A stretch of DNA of 64,000 nucleotides from an uncultured Aquiluna sp. (lineage in GTDB: Bacteria; Actinomycetota; Actinomycetes; Actinomycetales; Microbacteriaceae), in NCBI GenBank assembly GCA_965661645.1, contig CBFIEQ010000001.1:3805-67804 (forward strand), in the 5' to 3' direction. A model generated the notes under the pieces. The model searched no databases. It was not told the origin of the DNA and was given only the letters and a program-made list of their open reading frames with translations. A program made the translations under genes and the position numbers. Below are positions 1-9,487 of the stretch, one piece after another (the stretch's first letter is position 1; every line of letters begins with the position of its first letter).

Positions 1-116
1 GAAGGTGCTCCCGGCACCTCTTCCGTAAGAATGCGAACACCGCTGGGCAGCAGGGTCCTTGAGACCCTGGCCGCCTCAGCGGTGAACGATAGAGATTTCT
101 CTAGGTGTAGATCCAA
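1..116 (-). CDS. M16 (pitrilysin) family peptidase, N-terminal part, running off the window edge
   Basis: Manual translation from TTG at 116: MDLHLEKSLSFTAEAARVSRTLLPSGVRILTEEVPGAP. 'LPSGVRILTE' is the typical M16 start, and this gene usually follows pnp in Actinobacteria. Confidence 0.75.
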   Translation of the reverse strand, partial: MDLHLEKSLSFTAEAARVSRTLLPSGVRILTEEVPGAP

Positions 117-117
117 G

Positions 118-2337
118 TTACTCTTCCGAAGAAGCTACGTCGTCACCCTCAACAACTGGGGAGAGTGAAAGCTTGCCACGGTCATCGATCTTGGTTAGCT
201 CAACCAAAATCTTCTGGCCTACCTCTAGAACGTCTTCGACATTCTCAACTCGCTTACCGCCAGAGATCTTCTTGAGCTCTGAAACGTGAAGCAAGCCATC
301 CTTGCCAGGAAGAAGCGAGATGAAGGCACCGAAGGTTGCTAGCTTCACGACGGTTCCCAGGAAGCGCTCACCAATCTCTGGAACGTGAGGGTTGGCAATG
401 GCGTTGATCGCAGCCTTGGCTGCGTCTGCGCTCTCGCCGTTGGTGGCACCAATGTAGACGGTGCCATCATCCTCGATCGAGATGTCTGCGCCAGTGTCGT
501 CCTGGATCTGGTTGATCATCTTGCCCTTTGGACCAATGACTTCACCAATCTTGTCAAGAGGAATCTTGACGGCGATAACACGTGGTGCGTATGGAGATAG
601 CTCATCTGGCTCATCAATTGCTTGGTTCATGACGTCCAAGATCGATAGCCTGGCATCCTTAGCCTGCCCAAGTGCCTTGGCTAGTTCAGCCGATGGAATT
701 CCGTCGAGCTTGGTGTCGAGCTGAATTGCGGTGATGAAATTGCGGGTTCCGGCAACCTTGAAGTCCATGTCTCCAAGTGCGTCCTCGGCTCCCAAGATGT
801 CGGTTAGGGCTGCGTACTGAGTCTTACCGTCAACAGTGTCTGAGATCAGACCCATGGCAATACCTGCAACCTGATCGCGCAGTGGGACACCGGCGTTCAA
901 AAGTGACAGGGTCGAAGCACAAACGCTACCCATTGAAGTCGAACCGTTCGAACCTAGGGCCTCGGAAACCTGGCGGATTGCATACGGGAAAACCTCACGG
1001 CTTGGCAGAACTGGAACCAACGCGCGCTCAGCAAGAGCACCGTGGCCAATCTCGCGTCGCTTTGGAGTTCCTACTCGACCGGTTTCACCGGTTGAGTAGG
1101 GAGGGAAGTTGTAGTGGTGCATGTAGCGCTTTGAGGTTTCTGGGGTCAAGGCGTCTAGCTGCTGCTCCATCTTGAGCATGTTCAGGGTGGTGACACCAAG
1201 AATCTGGGTCTCACCACGCTGGAAGATTGCTGAGCCATGGGTGCGCGGGATAACTGCAACCTCAGCGTCAATCATGCGGATGTCGGCTAGCCCACGACCG
1301 TCAATGCGGATTCCCTCTTTGAGAACTCGGGAGCGCATGACCTTCTTGGAAACCGACTTGTAGGCCGCTGAGAACTCGCCCATCTGCTCTTCGGAAAGAA
1401 CTGAAACCAGCTCATCCTTGACACGCGACTTCACCTGGTCATCAGCTTCCTGACGCTCCTGCTTGTCGGCAATCTGGTAGACCTTGACCAAATCAGCCTC
1501 GGCCGCCTTGGCAACCGCTGCATATACCTCGTCGCTGTATGGCAGGAACACTGGGTAGTCGGCGGTCGGTTTAGCTGCAACCTTGGCAAGCTCGTTCTGA
1601 GCGCGAACCAGTTCCTTCAAAAATGGCTTGGCAGCTTCCAGTCCTTCAGCCACAACCTCTTCGTTAGGAGCTTTCGCACCCTCAGAGATCAGATCAAGGG
1701 CGTTCTCTGAAGCTTCAGCCTCAACCATCATGATTGCGACATCGTCTTTGCCACCCTCGCTGATAACTCGGCCGGCAACAACCATGTTGAACACGGCTTT
1801 CTCCAGCTGTGAGTACTTAGGGAATGCAACCCACTGACCTTCAATCAGGGCAACGCGAACACCGGCAACGGGGCCGGAGAAAGGAAGTCCTGCAATCTGA
1901 GTGGACATCGAAGCTGCGTTGATAGCAACTACGTCGTATAGCTCGTCTGGAGCAATCGACATCACGGTGACAACAACCTGAATCTCGTTACGAAGACCAT
2001 CAGCGAACGATGGGCGAAGTGGACGGTCAATCAAACGACAAGCCAAGATGGCTGCGGTTGATGGGCGACCCTCACGGCGGAAGAATGAGCCAGGAATCTT
2101 TCCTGCCGCATACATGCGCTCTTCGACATCAATGGTCAGCGGGAAGAAGTCGAACTGATCCTTGGGCTGCTTTGATGCTGTGGTGGCGGAGAACAGCATG
2201 GTCTCCTCGTCAATGTAGACGGCGGCAGCGCCGGCTGCCTGCTGTGCCAAACGACCGGTCTCAAAGCGAATTACGCGCTTTCCGAACTTGCCGTTATCGA
2301 TTACTGCTTCTGCGAATTTAATCTCTGAGCCTTCCAT
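118..2337 (-). CDS. pnp: Polyribonucleotide nucleotidyltransferase (PNPase)
   Basis: [19 protein letters not shown] and GDMDFKVAG motifs, with KH and S1 domains. Start moved to ATG 2337 (MEGSEIKF), which has a GGAGGAG SD. Confidence 0.98.
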   Translation of the reverse strand: MEGSEIKFAEAVIDNGKFGKRVIRFETGRLAQQAAGAAAVYIDEETMLFSATTASKQPKDQFDFFPLTIDVEERMYAAGKIPGSFFRREGRPSTAAILACRLIDRPLRPSFADGLRNEIQVVVTVMSIAPDELYDVVAINAASMSTQIAGLPFSGPVAGVRVALIEGQWVAFPKYSQLEKAVFNMVVAGRVISEGGKDDVAIMMVEAEASENALDLISEGAKAPNEEVVAEGLEAAKPFLKELVRAQNELAKVAAKPTADYPVFLPYSDEVYAAVAKAAEADLVKVYQIADKQERQEADDQVKSRVKDELVSVLSEEQMGEFSAAYKSVSKKVMRSRVLKEGIRIDGRGLADIRMIDAEVAVIPRTHGSAIFQRGETQILGVTTLNMLKMEQQLDALTPETSKRYMHHYNFPPYSTGETGRVGTPKRREIGHGALAERALVPVLPSREVFPYAIRQVSEALGSNGSTSMGSVCASTLSLLNAGVPLRDQVAGIAMGLISDTVDGKTQYAALTDILGAEDALGDMDFKVAGTRNFITAIQLDTKLDGIPSAELAKALGQAKDARLSILDVMNQAIDEPDELSPYAPRVIAVKIPLDKIGEVIGPKGKMINQIQDDTGADISIEDDGTVYIGATNGESADAAKAAINAIANPHVPEIGERFLGTVVKLATFGAFISLLPGKDGLLHVSELKKISGGKRVENVEDVLEVGQKILVELTKIDDRGKLSLSPVVEGDDVASSEE

Positions 2338-2427
2338 GGCTCCTCCTTCTAATACTGCGCAGCAAAAACCGCGCGCGAATCGCACGCTTTTGGCTACTGG
2401 AGGAAGGACAGGCTGCCCTTGTGAAGT

Positions 2428-2487
2428 GCTGGTCGTCAGTAAAAAATCTTGGGGCAGTAAACCCAAAACCTTCCACCGAGGACCCGC
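2428..2487 (-). ncRNA. Actino-pnp-like structured leader RNA
   Basis: Minus strand GCGGGUCCUCGGUGGAAGGUUUUGGG...CCCCAAGAUUUUUUACUGACGACCAGC forms a long interrupted hairpin in the pnp 5' UTR. It resembles the Actino-pnp motif as I recall it. Confidence 0.65.
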
Positions 2488-2553
2488 CTTCGAAACCTCT
2501 TAGCTACAACCATAACAATTCAGTCACTAATTACCTAGAACCAAAGCCCAGGC

Positions 2554-2586
2554 AAAAAGATAAAGCCCCCACCAAAGGTGGGGGCT
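2554..2586 (-). terminator. Intrinsic terminator of rpsO
   Basis: Perfect 10-bp stem AGCCCCCACC/GGTGGGGGCT (2564-2586), followed on the minus strand by TTTATCTTTTT. Confidence 0.85.
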
Positions 2587-2603
2587 AAATCAAGATAAAT
2601 CTT

Positions 2604-2873
2604 TTAGCGACGAAGTCCCAAGCGCTCGATCAGCGCACGGTAGCGCTCGATGTCAACGTTCTGCAAGTAGCCAAGAAGACGACGACGGCGACCAACTAGA
2701 AGCAACAATCCGCGACGAGTGTGGTGGTCGTGCTTGTGGTCCTTGAGGTGCTCGGTCAAATCTGAGATGCGGCGGCTCAGCACTGCAATTTGAACCTCTG
2801 GTGAACCGGTGTCGCCTGGCTTGGTGGCGTATTCCTCAATGATTTGAGTCTTGATGGTTGGGTCTAATGCCAT
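2604..2873 (-). CDS. rpsO: 30S ribosomal protein S15
   Basis: [21 protein letters not shown] and LGLRR motifs; 89 aa. Confidence 0.99.
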   Translation of the reverse strand: MALDPTIKTQIIEEYATKPGDTGSPEVQIAVLSRRISDLTEHLKDHKHDHHTRRGLLLLVGRRRRLLGYLQNVDIERYRALIERLGLRR

Positions 2874-2967
2874 TTGCTGATCCTTTCAATCCGCTGCGCG
2901 GCGCCACAAACACTGTGTTTGAAGCTCTCTTTTTCCGCGGCCGTTACACGGCAACCTGAGAAGTCTA
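2874..2967 (-). promoter_or_regulatory. rpsO promoter (-10 TAGACT 2962-2967) and structured leader, probable S15 autoregulatory RNA
   Basis: The leader has hairpins GCCGU-GUA-ACGGC, CGCGG/CCGCG and CAAACA-CAG-UGUUUG before a GAAAGGA SD. S15-binding leaders are known in several phyla. Confidence 0.6.
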
Positions 2968-2987
2968 GAGAGAATCGCAAGAAAATG

Positions 2988-3557
2988 CTAGGCGGTGGTT
3001 CCTTCGTCCATTGAACTCAGTGGTTCGGGGTCGACATATCGATTGCCGTCGTAAAAGGATTTCGAAGGCCTGAGGGCCATAATCAGAAACACCACAAAGA
3101 CGGCAACGAACAGACCAAAGATTGGAATCACCAAAAAGATTACCGACATGAGCTGCTCGGTCGTGAGCAGCTGACCGCTCGGTGCATTTGAGAAGACAGT
3201 CACGACACCGACCGTGGCGAAGACGCCATATGCAAAAGGAACTACCTGAATCAGAAGCCACTTGGCGCTAAATCCCGCATCGTGGAACCTTCGAGCGGTG
3301 ACTGAGAGGTTGGGAATCAGCAGAGCCAAACTTGCGATATTGGTCAGAGGCGTTGGCTGAGCCAAAGTTGCCTGCAGGTCTTGCATCCAGTCCATTGACT
3401 GCATCGGAGCCGGCCACAGCCAACTCTCCAAAGTTGTAAGCACCAGAGAAACTAAGACCGTGAAGAGCACCCAGTACCAAAACTCTGTCCTGGTCGCCTT
3501 GCCCTTGAAGTTCACGTAGTTTTTGAATCCAGCAGAAATTGCTCCAGCAAAGCTCAT
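2988..3557 (-). CDS. DUF805 family membrane protein
   Basis: FKNYVNFKGKATRTEFWYW and RRFHDAG motifs. Probably leaderless (TAGGTT 6 nt before ATG). Confidence 0.9.
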   Translation of the reverse strand: MSFAGAISAGFKNYVNFKGKATRTEFWYWVLFTVLVSLVLTTLESWLWPAPMQSMDWMQDLQATLAQPTPLTNIASLALLIPNLSVTARRFHDAGFSAKWLLIQVVPFAYGVFATVGVVTVFSNAPSGQLLTTEQLMSVIFLVIPIFGLFVAVFVVFLIMALRPSKSFYDGNRYVDPEPLSSMDEGTTA

Positions 3558-3566
3558 ATTCGAAAC

Positions 3567-4493
3567 CTACTCTCCGAGCAACTTAGCTGCAACCGAGACG
3601 TCTTTGCCGATTTGCTCAACCAAAGCGTCAAGCGAGTCAAACTTTGCCCAGCCACGAACCTTGGCCACGTATTCGCAAGTGACGATCTTGTCGTAAAGAT
3701 CGAGATCGTCTCGACCTATGACGTGGGATTCCAAAAGCCTTGGCACCTCAGCAACAGAATCATTCGTACCGACCGAGTGAGCTGCTGGGTATCGCACACC
3801 ATCGGCTAGCAGATAGCCCGCATAAACACCATCGGCAGGAAGGTAGCCCTCTGCTGATCGGGATATGTTGGCAGTTGGAAAACCTATGGTTCGCCCCAGT
3901 TTTCGACCGTGCTCAACGATCCCCGTCGTTTCGTGATTTCTGCCGAGCAAAAGCGCAGCTTCTGCAACTTCTCCAAAATCCAATAGACCCCGAATTCTGG
4001 TGCTTGAGATTTTGGACTCCCCCAGCATCACGTTGCTTATCTCTTTGGCCCTGAAGCCTCTTGTTGCTCCAAGTTCCCTGAGGTCGTCAATCGTGCCTTT
4101 ACCTCCTGAGCCAAATCGGAAACCTTGGCCTACCAAAACTAACCTTGCTCGCAAGGGCACCAGGTAGTTGTCGACGAACTCAGCTGGTGTCAAGGAAGCC
4201 AAGGCCTTATCAAACGTTGCGGTGAGCACAAGGTCAATGCCCTCACCCTCTAAAAGCGCAGCCTTTTGGATTGGCCCGATTAGCGGCTTGGGAGCAGCCT
4301 CCGGATCAAACAGAGTTCGTGGGTGCCTATCGAAAGTGAAAACTGCAGCCGCGAGACCTGCGTCCTCACTTAGTTCAACTAGTTCATGAAAAAGCTGCTG
4401 GTGACCTAGGTGAACACCATCGAATTTGCCTATGGCCACTGCGGTATCCGCGAAGTCGGCAGGAAGTTGATTTGGATCAGTTATCTCGAGCAC
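3567..4493 (-). CDS. ribF: Bifunctional riboflavin kinase/FAD synthetase
   Basis: GKFDGVHLGHQ, ISSTRIR and GRTIGFPTAN motifs. Confidence 0.97.
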   Translation of the reverse strand: MLEITDPNQLPADFADTAVAIGKFDGVHLGHQQLFHELVELSEDAGLAAAVFTFDRHPRTLFDPEAAPKPLIGPIQKAALLEGEGIDLVLTATFDKALASLTPAEFVDNYLVPLRARLVLVGQGFRFGSGGKGTIDDLRELGATRGFRAKEISNVMLGESKISSTRIRGLLDFGEVAEAALLLGRNHETTGIVEHGRKLGRTIGFPTANISRSAEGYLPADGVYAGYLLADGVRYPAAHSVGTNDSVAEVPRLLESHVIGRDDLDLYDKIVTCEYVAKVRGWAKFDSLDALVEQIGKDVSVAAKLLGE

Positions 4494-4866
4494 GTTCTCT
4501 CCATAACCAGATCAATCCAAGAATCGGAAGTAGCAGCGGAATGAAAGCATAGCCAGAACCAAATCCTGACCAAACCGAGGGGTGAGCAAATAGCTCTGGA
4601 AGCAAAAGGCTCAAGGCACCGACTGCGACGACTCCAACGAGCTCAAAGCCAACGGTCGCAAAGGCAAGAGCTCTGCTTCGCTGACCCCTGGCTAGCGCGA
4701 TGGTGGCGATGATGTAGACAAAGGCCGAGACGGCAGAGAGAGAATAAGCAAGCGGTGCTTCCTCGAACTTTGTGATTAGTTGAAAGCTGGCTCGCGCAGA
4801 TGCAGATAGGGCAAACACTCCGTAGACCGCAACCAGCAGTCTTCCTGGACCCGAAGTCTTTCTCAC
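4477..4866 (-). CDS. Conserved actinobacterial 4-TM membrane protein
   Basis: Hydrophobic 129-aa ORF (SVWSGFGSGYAFIPL) overlapping the ribF start. Confidence 0.8.
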   Translation of the reverse strand: MRKTSGPGRLLVAVYGVFALSASARASFQLITKFEEAPLAYSLSAVSAFVYIIATIALARGQRSRALAFATVGFELVGVVAVGALSLLLPELFAHPSVWSGFGSGYAFIPLLLPILGLIWLWRERARDN

Positions 4867-4886
4867 CTAATCACCCAACAGCAATC

Positions 4887-5264
4887 TTAGATAGCCAACG
4901 GGTTGATACCCGTCCACAGCTGCTGCATTCGATAAAGCATCACGGCAACGGTCAAGCCTGCAGCACCCAGAACCATCATCGAATACTTGCTGCGCTCTGC
5001 CAGCCCCCAGAATCCTGCAGCAACCGGCACGATCATCGCCACAATCAGATATCCAAAAAATTCCAAGGTTGAGGTGGCAGCACGCTCCCCAGAGATTGCG
5101 AGGATTGTTGAAATCAGAAGCTGAATTAAAAGGCCGGCCTCGATACCAGCGGTCGACATAATCGAAACCGGTCCAGGCTTAACCCCAACCAAACCGGCAC
5201 CCAGCAAAACCAATCCAACCGCCACCGAATACCAAACCAGCACGAGGTAGAAAAACTCAATCAA
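4887..5264 (-). CDS. Conserved membrane protein
   Basis: Four hydrophobic segments, ending RMQQLW; 4-nt overlap with the truB stop. Confidence 0.8.
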   Translation of the reverse strand: MIEFFYLVLVWYSVAVGLVLLGAGLVGVKPGPVSIMSTAGIEAGLLIQLLISTILAISGERAATSTLEFFGYLIVAMIVPVAAGFWGLAERSKYSMMVLGAAGLTVAVMLYRMQQLWTGINPLAI

Positions 5265-6127
5265 GGCTGCTCCTCAGTCAAAACTATCTGCGAGCGGTGC
5301 AACCCATTTGACAACTTAGAAATTGCCACCAACTCGCCCTCATAGCTCAAGCTGACAACCTCTTGATCAATATCCAGCCTGAGCGGTTTGCCATGACGAA
5401 CATCCACTACCTGCGCCGCTGTGAGTTCATACTCCGGAAAGATCTCCAGGGCTGATTGCAGCATGGGCAAGATCTCAATACCCTCACCAATGACGTGGGC
5501 ATCTTCAACTTCGTAGTTGCCGATAGATGTTCTGCGCAGCCTGGTGAGATGGCCGCCGAGACCAAGAGCATTGCCGATATCCCGAGCCAGTGCCCTGATA
5601 TAAGTTCCGGATGAGCAGTCGACCACCACGTCAAAATCTAAAAACTCACCGACAGCCCTCGGCTCTGAGACCCGATCAAAGCGTGAGATGAGAACCTCTT
5701 TTGGTTTCAGTTCAAACTCTTTACCCTCACGAACGAGGTCATAGGCTCTTTTGCCGTCAATCTTTTTTGCACTCACCGACGACGGCAGTTGAGAGATATG
5801 GCCCCGCAGTTTTGCAATCTCGCTATCCAGCTCAGCTGCGGTGATGCCGCTTGCATCCGCTTGCGAGACAACCTCGCCCTCGGCATCATCGGTGATTGTC
5901 GCAGCTCCAAGCCTGATGGTGGCCTGATACTGCTTATCCATTCCAACCAGGAACTGCAGCAGCTTCGTGCCTTGATTCACGCCAAGCAACATAAGCCCGG
6001 TTGCCATTGGATCCAGGGTCCCGGCATGGCCAATCTTGCGAGTTCCAAGAATTTTCCGAAGCTTTGCTACCACGTCAAAAGACGTGATGCCCTGAGGCTT
6101 GTCTATTAGGACGAGCCCGCTAGCCAT
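5261..6127 (-). CDS. truB: tRNA pseudouridine(55) synthase
   Basis: GHAGTLDPMATG and CSSGTYIRALARD motifs. Confidence 0.98.
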   Translation of the reverse strand: MASGLVLIDKPQGITSFDVVAKLRKILGTRKIGHAGTLDPMATGLMLLGVNQGTKLLQFLVGMDKQYQATIRLGAATITDDAEGEVVSQADASGITAAELDSEIAKLRGHISQLPSSVSAKKIDGKRAYDLVREGKEFELKPKEVLISRFDRVSEPRAVGEFLDFDVVVDCSSGTYIRALARDIGNALGLGGHLTRLRRTSIGNYEVEDAHVIGEGIEILPMLQSALEIFPEYELTAAQVVDVRHGKPLRLDIDQEVVSLSYEGELVAISKLSNGLHRSQIVLTEEQP

Positions 6128-6548
6128 CGCTTGGTTTTTTCAGGTAAGGGTCTTTCTCCCCCGCCGGCTGGGCGTTCTTGGCAAGCTTCTCCAGCTCTTC
6201 GTCTCGCCTTCTAGCCTCTGCAAGCAACTCGTTCATAGCATCGGCGGTCTCCGGCACATCGTCAGAAATCAGCTCAATGGTTGGGGTAATGCGAATCCCC
6301 AACTGCTTGCCGATCTCGCCACGCAATCTTCCGCGGTTGGCCTCAAGAATCTCCTTGGACCCTTGAACCTCAACATCGGATCCAAAGACGGTGAAATAAA
6401 GCCTGGCGTGAGAAAGGTCGGGGGTCACCCTCACATCAGTGAAGGTGACAAACCCCAAATCCGGATCTTTCACAACCTTTGCCAAAGCCTCGGCTGCCAG
6501 CACCTTGATGCGTTCGGCTAGCCGCCTGGCTCTTGCGTGATCAACCAT
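6120..6548 (-). CDS. rbfA: Ribosome-binding factor A
   Basis: KDPDLGFVTFTDVRVTPDL motif; TAATG coupling to the infB stop. Confidence 0.97.
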   Translation of the reverse strand: MVDHARARRLAERIKVLAAEALAKVVKDPDLGFVTFTDVRVTPDLSHARLYFTVFGSDVEVQGSKEILEANRGRLRGEIGKQLGIRITPTIELISDDVPETADAMNELLAEARRRDEELEKLAKNAQPAGEKDPYLKKPSDG

Positions 6549-9130
6549 TAGACCCTTGGCTTCTCAACCATCTCGTAGGTTTCAATGACGTCATCAATCT
6601 GGATGTCATTGAAATCGCCCAGACCGATACCACACTCGTAATCAGCCTTGACCTCGGTTGCGTCATCCTTGAAGCGCTTCAGGGAATCCACCTTGAGGTT
6701 CTCCTTGATCATTTCGCCATCGCGGAGCACGCGAGCCATCGCGTTTCTGCGGATCAAGCCACTGCGCACATAGGAACCTGCAATAGTGCCGAATTTAGAG
6801 GACTTGAAGATCTCACGAACCTCAGCTGTGCCGAGCTGCTTCTCCTCGTACTCTGGCTTGAGCATGCCCTTGAGCGATTGCTCAATGTCATCAAGCACGT
6901 TGTAGATAACGGTGTAGTGACGGATGTCAACACCTTCACGATCAGCGCGCTCCTTGGCCTTGTTGTCGGGTCTGACGTTGAAGCCAATGATGACGGCAGA
7001 GTCGACGGTTGCAAGGTTGACGTCCGACTCGGTAATCGCACCAACACCACGGTGAATGATGCGAAGCTGAACTGAGTCATCAACTTCAATCTTGAGCAAG
7101 CTGTCTTCCAGAGCCTCGACCGCACCTGAAACGTCACCCTTGATGATCAGGTTGAGAGACTCAACCTTGCCCTCTTCGAGTGCCTTGGTGAAGTCCTCAA
7201 GCGATAGACGCTTGCGAGTCTTTGCCAACAGCGCGTTGCGATCCGCTGCCTCGCGCTTCTCAGCGATTTGGCGTGCCTGACGCTCATCGTCGGCAACAAC
7301 AAAGGTGTCACCAGCGCGAGGAACAGACTGCAGACCTAGAACCTGAACCGGCCTAGAAGGTGATGCCTTCTCGACTGGCTCGCCATTCTCATTGAACATC
7401 GCACGAACACGTCCGTGAGATGAACCCGCAACAATTGCGTCACCAACCGAAAGGGTTCCAGATTGAATCAGAACGGTTGCAACCGAGCCTCGACCCTTGT
7501 CCAGGTTTGCTTCGATAGCAACACCGCGAGCTGAACGGTCTGGGTTTGCACGCAAGTCAAGAGCTGCGTCCGCGGTTAGCAGAACAGCATCCAACAATCG
7601 GTCAATACCTTGGTTTTTCAGCGCTGAGACATCAACGAACATCACGTCTCCACCGTATTCTTCGGCCACCAGGCCGAACTCGGTGAGCTGCTGGCGAATC
7701 TTGTCTGGGTTGGCACCCTCTTTATCGACCTTGTTCACGGCAACCACGATTGGAACCTGTGCGGCTTGAGCATGGTTTAGCGCCTCAATGGTTTGAGGCA
7801 TGACACCGTCATCGGCAGCCACAACCAAGATCGCAATATCAGTCACCTGAGTACCGCGAGCACGCATAGCGGTGAACGCCTCGTGACCTGGGGTGTCGAT
7901 GAAGGTAATTGCACGATCTTGACCATCGTGAGTTGCGTGGACCTGGTAGGCACCGATGTGCTGGGTGATGCCACCGGCCTCACCGGCCACCACGTTCGCA
8001 CTTCTGATGGAGTCCAAAAGCTTTGTCTTACCGTGATCAACGTGACCCATGACCGTTACGACTGGTGGCCTTGGAGCTAGATCCTCATCATCTTCACCCT
8101 CAATGTCGGTGGAGATGTCAAGGCCAAAGCCTTCGAATAGCTCGCGCTCCTCGTCCTCTGGAGAGACAATCTCGATCTTGTAACCGAGCTCCTCACCCAA
8201 GATTTGGAAGGTGTCCTCATCCAACGATGCGGTAGCGGTAGCCATTTGACCAAGGTGGAACAAAACGGTGATCAACTGACCAGAGTTTGCGCCAATCTTG
8301 TCAGCGAAGTCCTGAATCGATGCGCCACGACGTAGTCGAAGCACAGTCGAGCCGTCGCCGCGTGGCACGATTGCGCCACCAAGGCTCGGAGCCTCTCTCT
8401 GCTCAAACTCTTCGCGCTTTGTCCGCTTCGACTTGCGAGACTTGCCCCGCGACCCACCCTTACCAAAAGCTCCGGCGGTGCCAGCACCGCGACCACCGCG
8501 GCCACCAGGGCCTGGCCTGGTCGCGTTTGGACCAAAGCCTGGCTTGCCGGCTGGCGCACCGAATCCGGCGCCTGCGGGTCGTGGTGCTCCACCACCTGGG
8601 CGCGGCGCTCCGCCACCTGGGCGTGGTGCTCCACCTGGACGTGGTGCTCCGCCTGGTCGTGGTGCTCCTGGTCTTGCAGGTCTTCCCATTCCCTGGTTCG
8701 AGGAGAAAGGGTTGTTTCCCGGCCTTGCCATTGGGCGGGGAATCCCCATGCCCTGGCTTGACGAAAATGGATTGTTGCCCGCTCTTGGAGCCGGGTTCAA
8801 AGGTGCTGCTGGCTTATCGGGCTCCTGAGCCGCTGGCTTTGGAGTCGGTGCTGCCGGCTTTTGTGCTGCGGGAGCGGCTGGTGCCGCATCCGCCGCAGGT
8901 GCAGCTGGAGCCGGAGGCTTGGCTGCTGGCTTCGCGGCTTCCTTCTTTGGAGCCTCTTTCTTAGCCGATTCTTTCTTGGGGAACGCAGCTTTTAGTTTTG
9001 CCGCTACCGGCGGAGCGATAGTGGAAGAGCCACCCTTGACGTATTCGCCAAGCTCCTCAAGTTTTGCCAATGCATCCTTGGTATCAATTCCAAGTTCCTT
9101 GGCGATGTCGTATACGCGTGGAAGCGCCAC
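6548..9130 (-). CDS. infB: Translation initiation factor IF-2
   Basis: [16 protein letters not shown] and NKVD GTPase motifs; Pro/Gly-rich N-terminus. Start at GTG 9130 with an AGGAG SD 7 nt upstream. Confidence 0.98.
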   Translation of the reverse strand: MALPRVYDIAKELGIDTKDALAKLEELGEYVKGGSSTIAPPVAAKLKAAFPKKESAKKEAPKKEAAKPAAKPPAPAAPAADAAPAAPAAQKPAAPTPKPAAQEPDKPAAPLNPAPRAGNNPFSSSQGMGIPRPMARPGNNPFSSNQGMGRPARPGAPRPGGAPRPGGAPRPGGGAPRPGGGAPRPAGAGFGAPAGKPGFGPNATRPGPGGRGGRGAGTAGAFGKGGSRGKSRKSKRTKREEFEQREAPSLGGAIVPRGDGSTVLRLRRGASIQDFADKIGANSGQLITVLFHLGQMATATASLDEDTFQILGEELGYKIEIVSPEDEERELFEGFGLDISTDIEGEDDEDLAPRPPVVTVMGHVDHGKTKLLDSIRSANVVAGEAGGITQHIGAYQVHATHDGQDRAITFIDTPGHEAFTAMRARGTQVTDIAILVVAADDGVMPQTIEALNHAQAAQVPIVVAVNKVDKEGANPDKIRQQLTEFGLVAEEYGGDVMFVDVSALKNQGIDRLLDAVLLTADAALDLRANPDRSARGVAIEANLDKGRGSVATVLIQSGTLSVGDAIVAGSSHGRVRAMFNENGEPVEKASPSRPVQVLGLQSVPRAGDTFVVADDERQARQIAEKREAADRNALLAKTRKRLSLEDFTKALEEGKVESLNLIIKGDVSGAVEALEDSLLKIEVDDSVQLRIIHRGVGAITESDVNLATVDSAVIIGFNVRPDNKAKERADREGVDIRHYTVIYNVLDDIEQSLKGMLKPEYEEKQLGTAEVREIFKSSKFGTIAGSYVRSGLIRRNAMARVLRDGEMIKENLKVDSLKRFKDDATEVKADYECGIGLGDFNDIQIDDVIETYEMVEKPRV
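8575..8675 (-). repeat. Degenerate 18-21 bp repeats encoding GAPRPG(G) in the IF-2 linker
   Basis: Repeated GTGGTGCTCC/CCACCTGG units; protein reads [32 protein letters not shown]. Confidence 0.8.
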
Positions 9131-9139
9131 TGATTTTCT

Positions 9140-9221
9140 CCTGTCTGGGGCCAACCCCTAGACAGGGCAGGCCTTATTGGTGAGCGGGTCTCATTTCGAG
9201 TTACTCATTTGTTTCAGCCAT
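9140..9221 (-). promoter_or_regulatory. infB leader: three overlapping micro-ORFs plus an SD-occluding hairpin
   Basis: uORFs 9221-9201 (MAETNE*), 9208-9191 (MSNSK*) and 9194-9174 (MRPAHQ*). Hairpin 9166-9140 CCUGUCU-A-GGGG-UUGG-CCCC-AGACAGG. Confidence 0.6.
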
Positions 9222-9462
9222 TTTTCTCTGCCTGATTCCTAAGCCATGCCTCAAGCGATGCCGTGCTGGCATCACCTAAAGCGCGTTGTAAACCTCTTCG
9301 ACTCAACACCAAATCAATGCAGTGAGAATGAAACCAGGCTCCCCGACCCGGTAGCTTTCGCTCCGAATCGATAGAAAACTGATTGTCTTCCGTCACAACT
9401 TTGATTAGTTGCCCAACCGAATCTCGCTGGCGACAGCCAACACAGGTCCGAATAGGCTCCAT
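9214..9462 (-). CDS. ylxR: YlxR/DUF448 RNA-binding protein
   Basis: PIRTCVGCR and LPGRGAW motifs; lies between nusA and infB. Start taken at ATG 9462. Confidence 0.9.
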   Translation of the reverse strand: MEPIRTCVGCRQRDSVGQLIKVVTEDNQFSIDSERKLPGRGAWFHSHCIDLVLSRRGLQRALGDASTASLEAWLRNQAEKNG

Positions 9463-9487
9463 TCTAGGGGCAGGGGTCAACTATCTG

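Noticed and set aside
939-953. TCGAAC-C-GTTCGA resembling an actinobacterial LexA box
   Set aside because: Spacer is 1 nt instead of 4, and it lies inside the pnp coding sequence.
2338-2466. N-terminal extensions given by the ORF track for pnp (also infB, rho, prfA, prmC, atpA, ogt, FtsK-like and PDZ genes)
   Set aside because: Downstream starts have a proper SD or -10 and match the conserved N-termini; the extensions run through leaders or upstream genes.
6533-7075. 180-aa antisense ORF, and similar ones opposite atpD, atpB, rho and UPF0182
   Set aside because: Expected stop-free antisense frames from the codon bias of highly expressed genes.
8287-8964. 225-aa and 131-aa plus-strand ORFs antisense to infB
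   Set aside because: Shadows of the GC-rich Pro/Gly/Ala repeat region of IF-2; no SD or promoter and no recognisable family.
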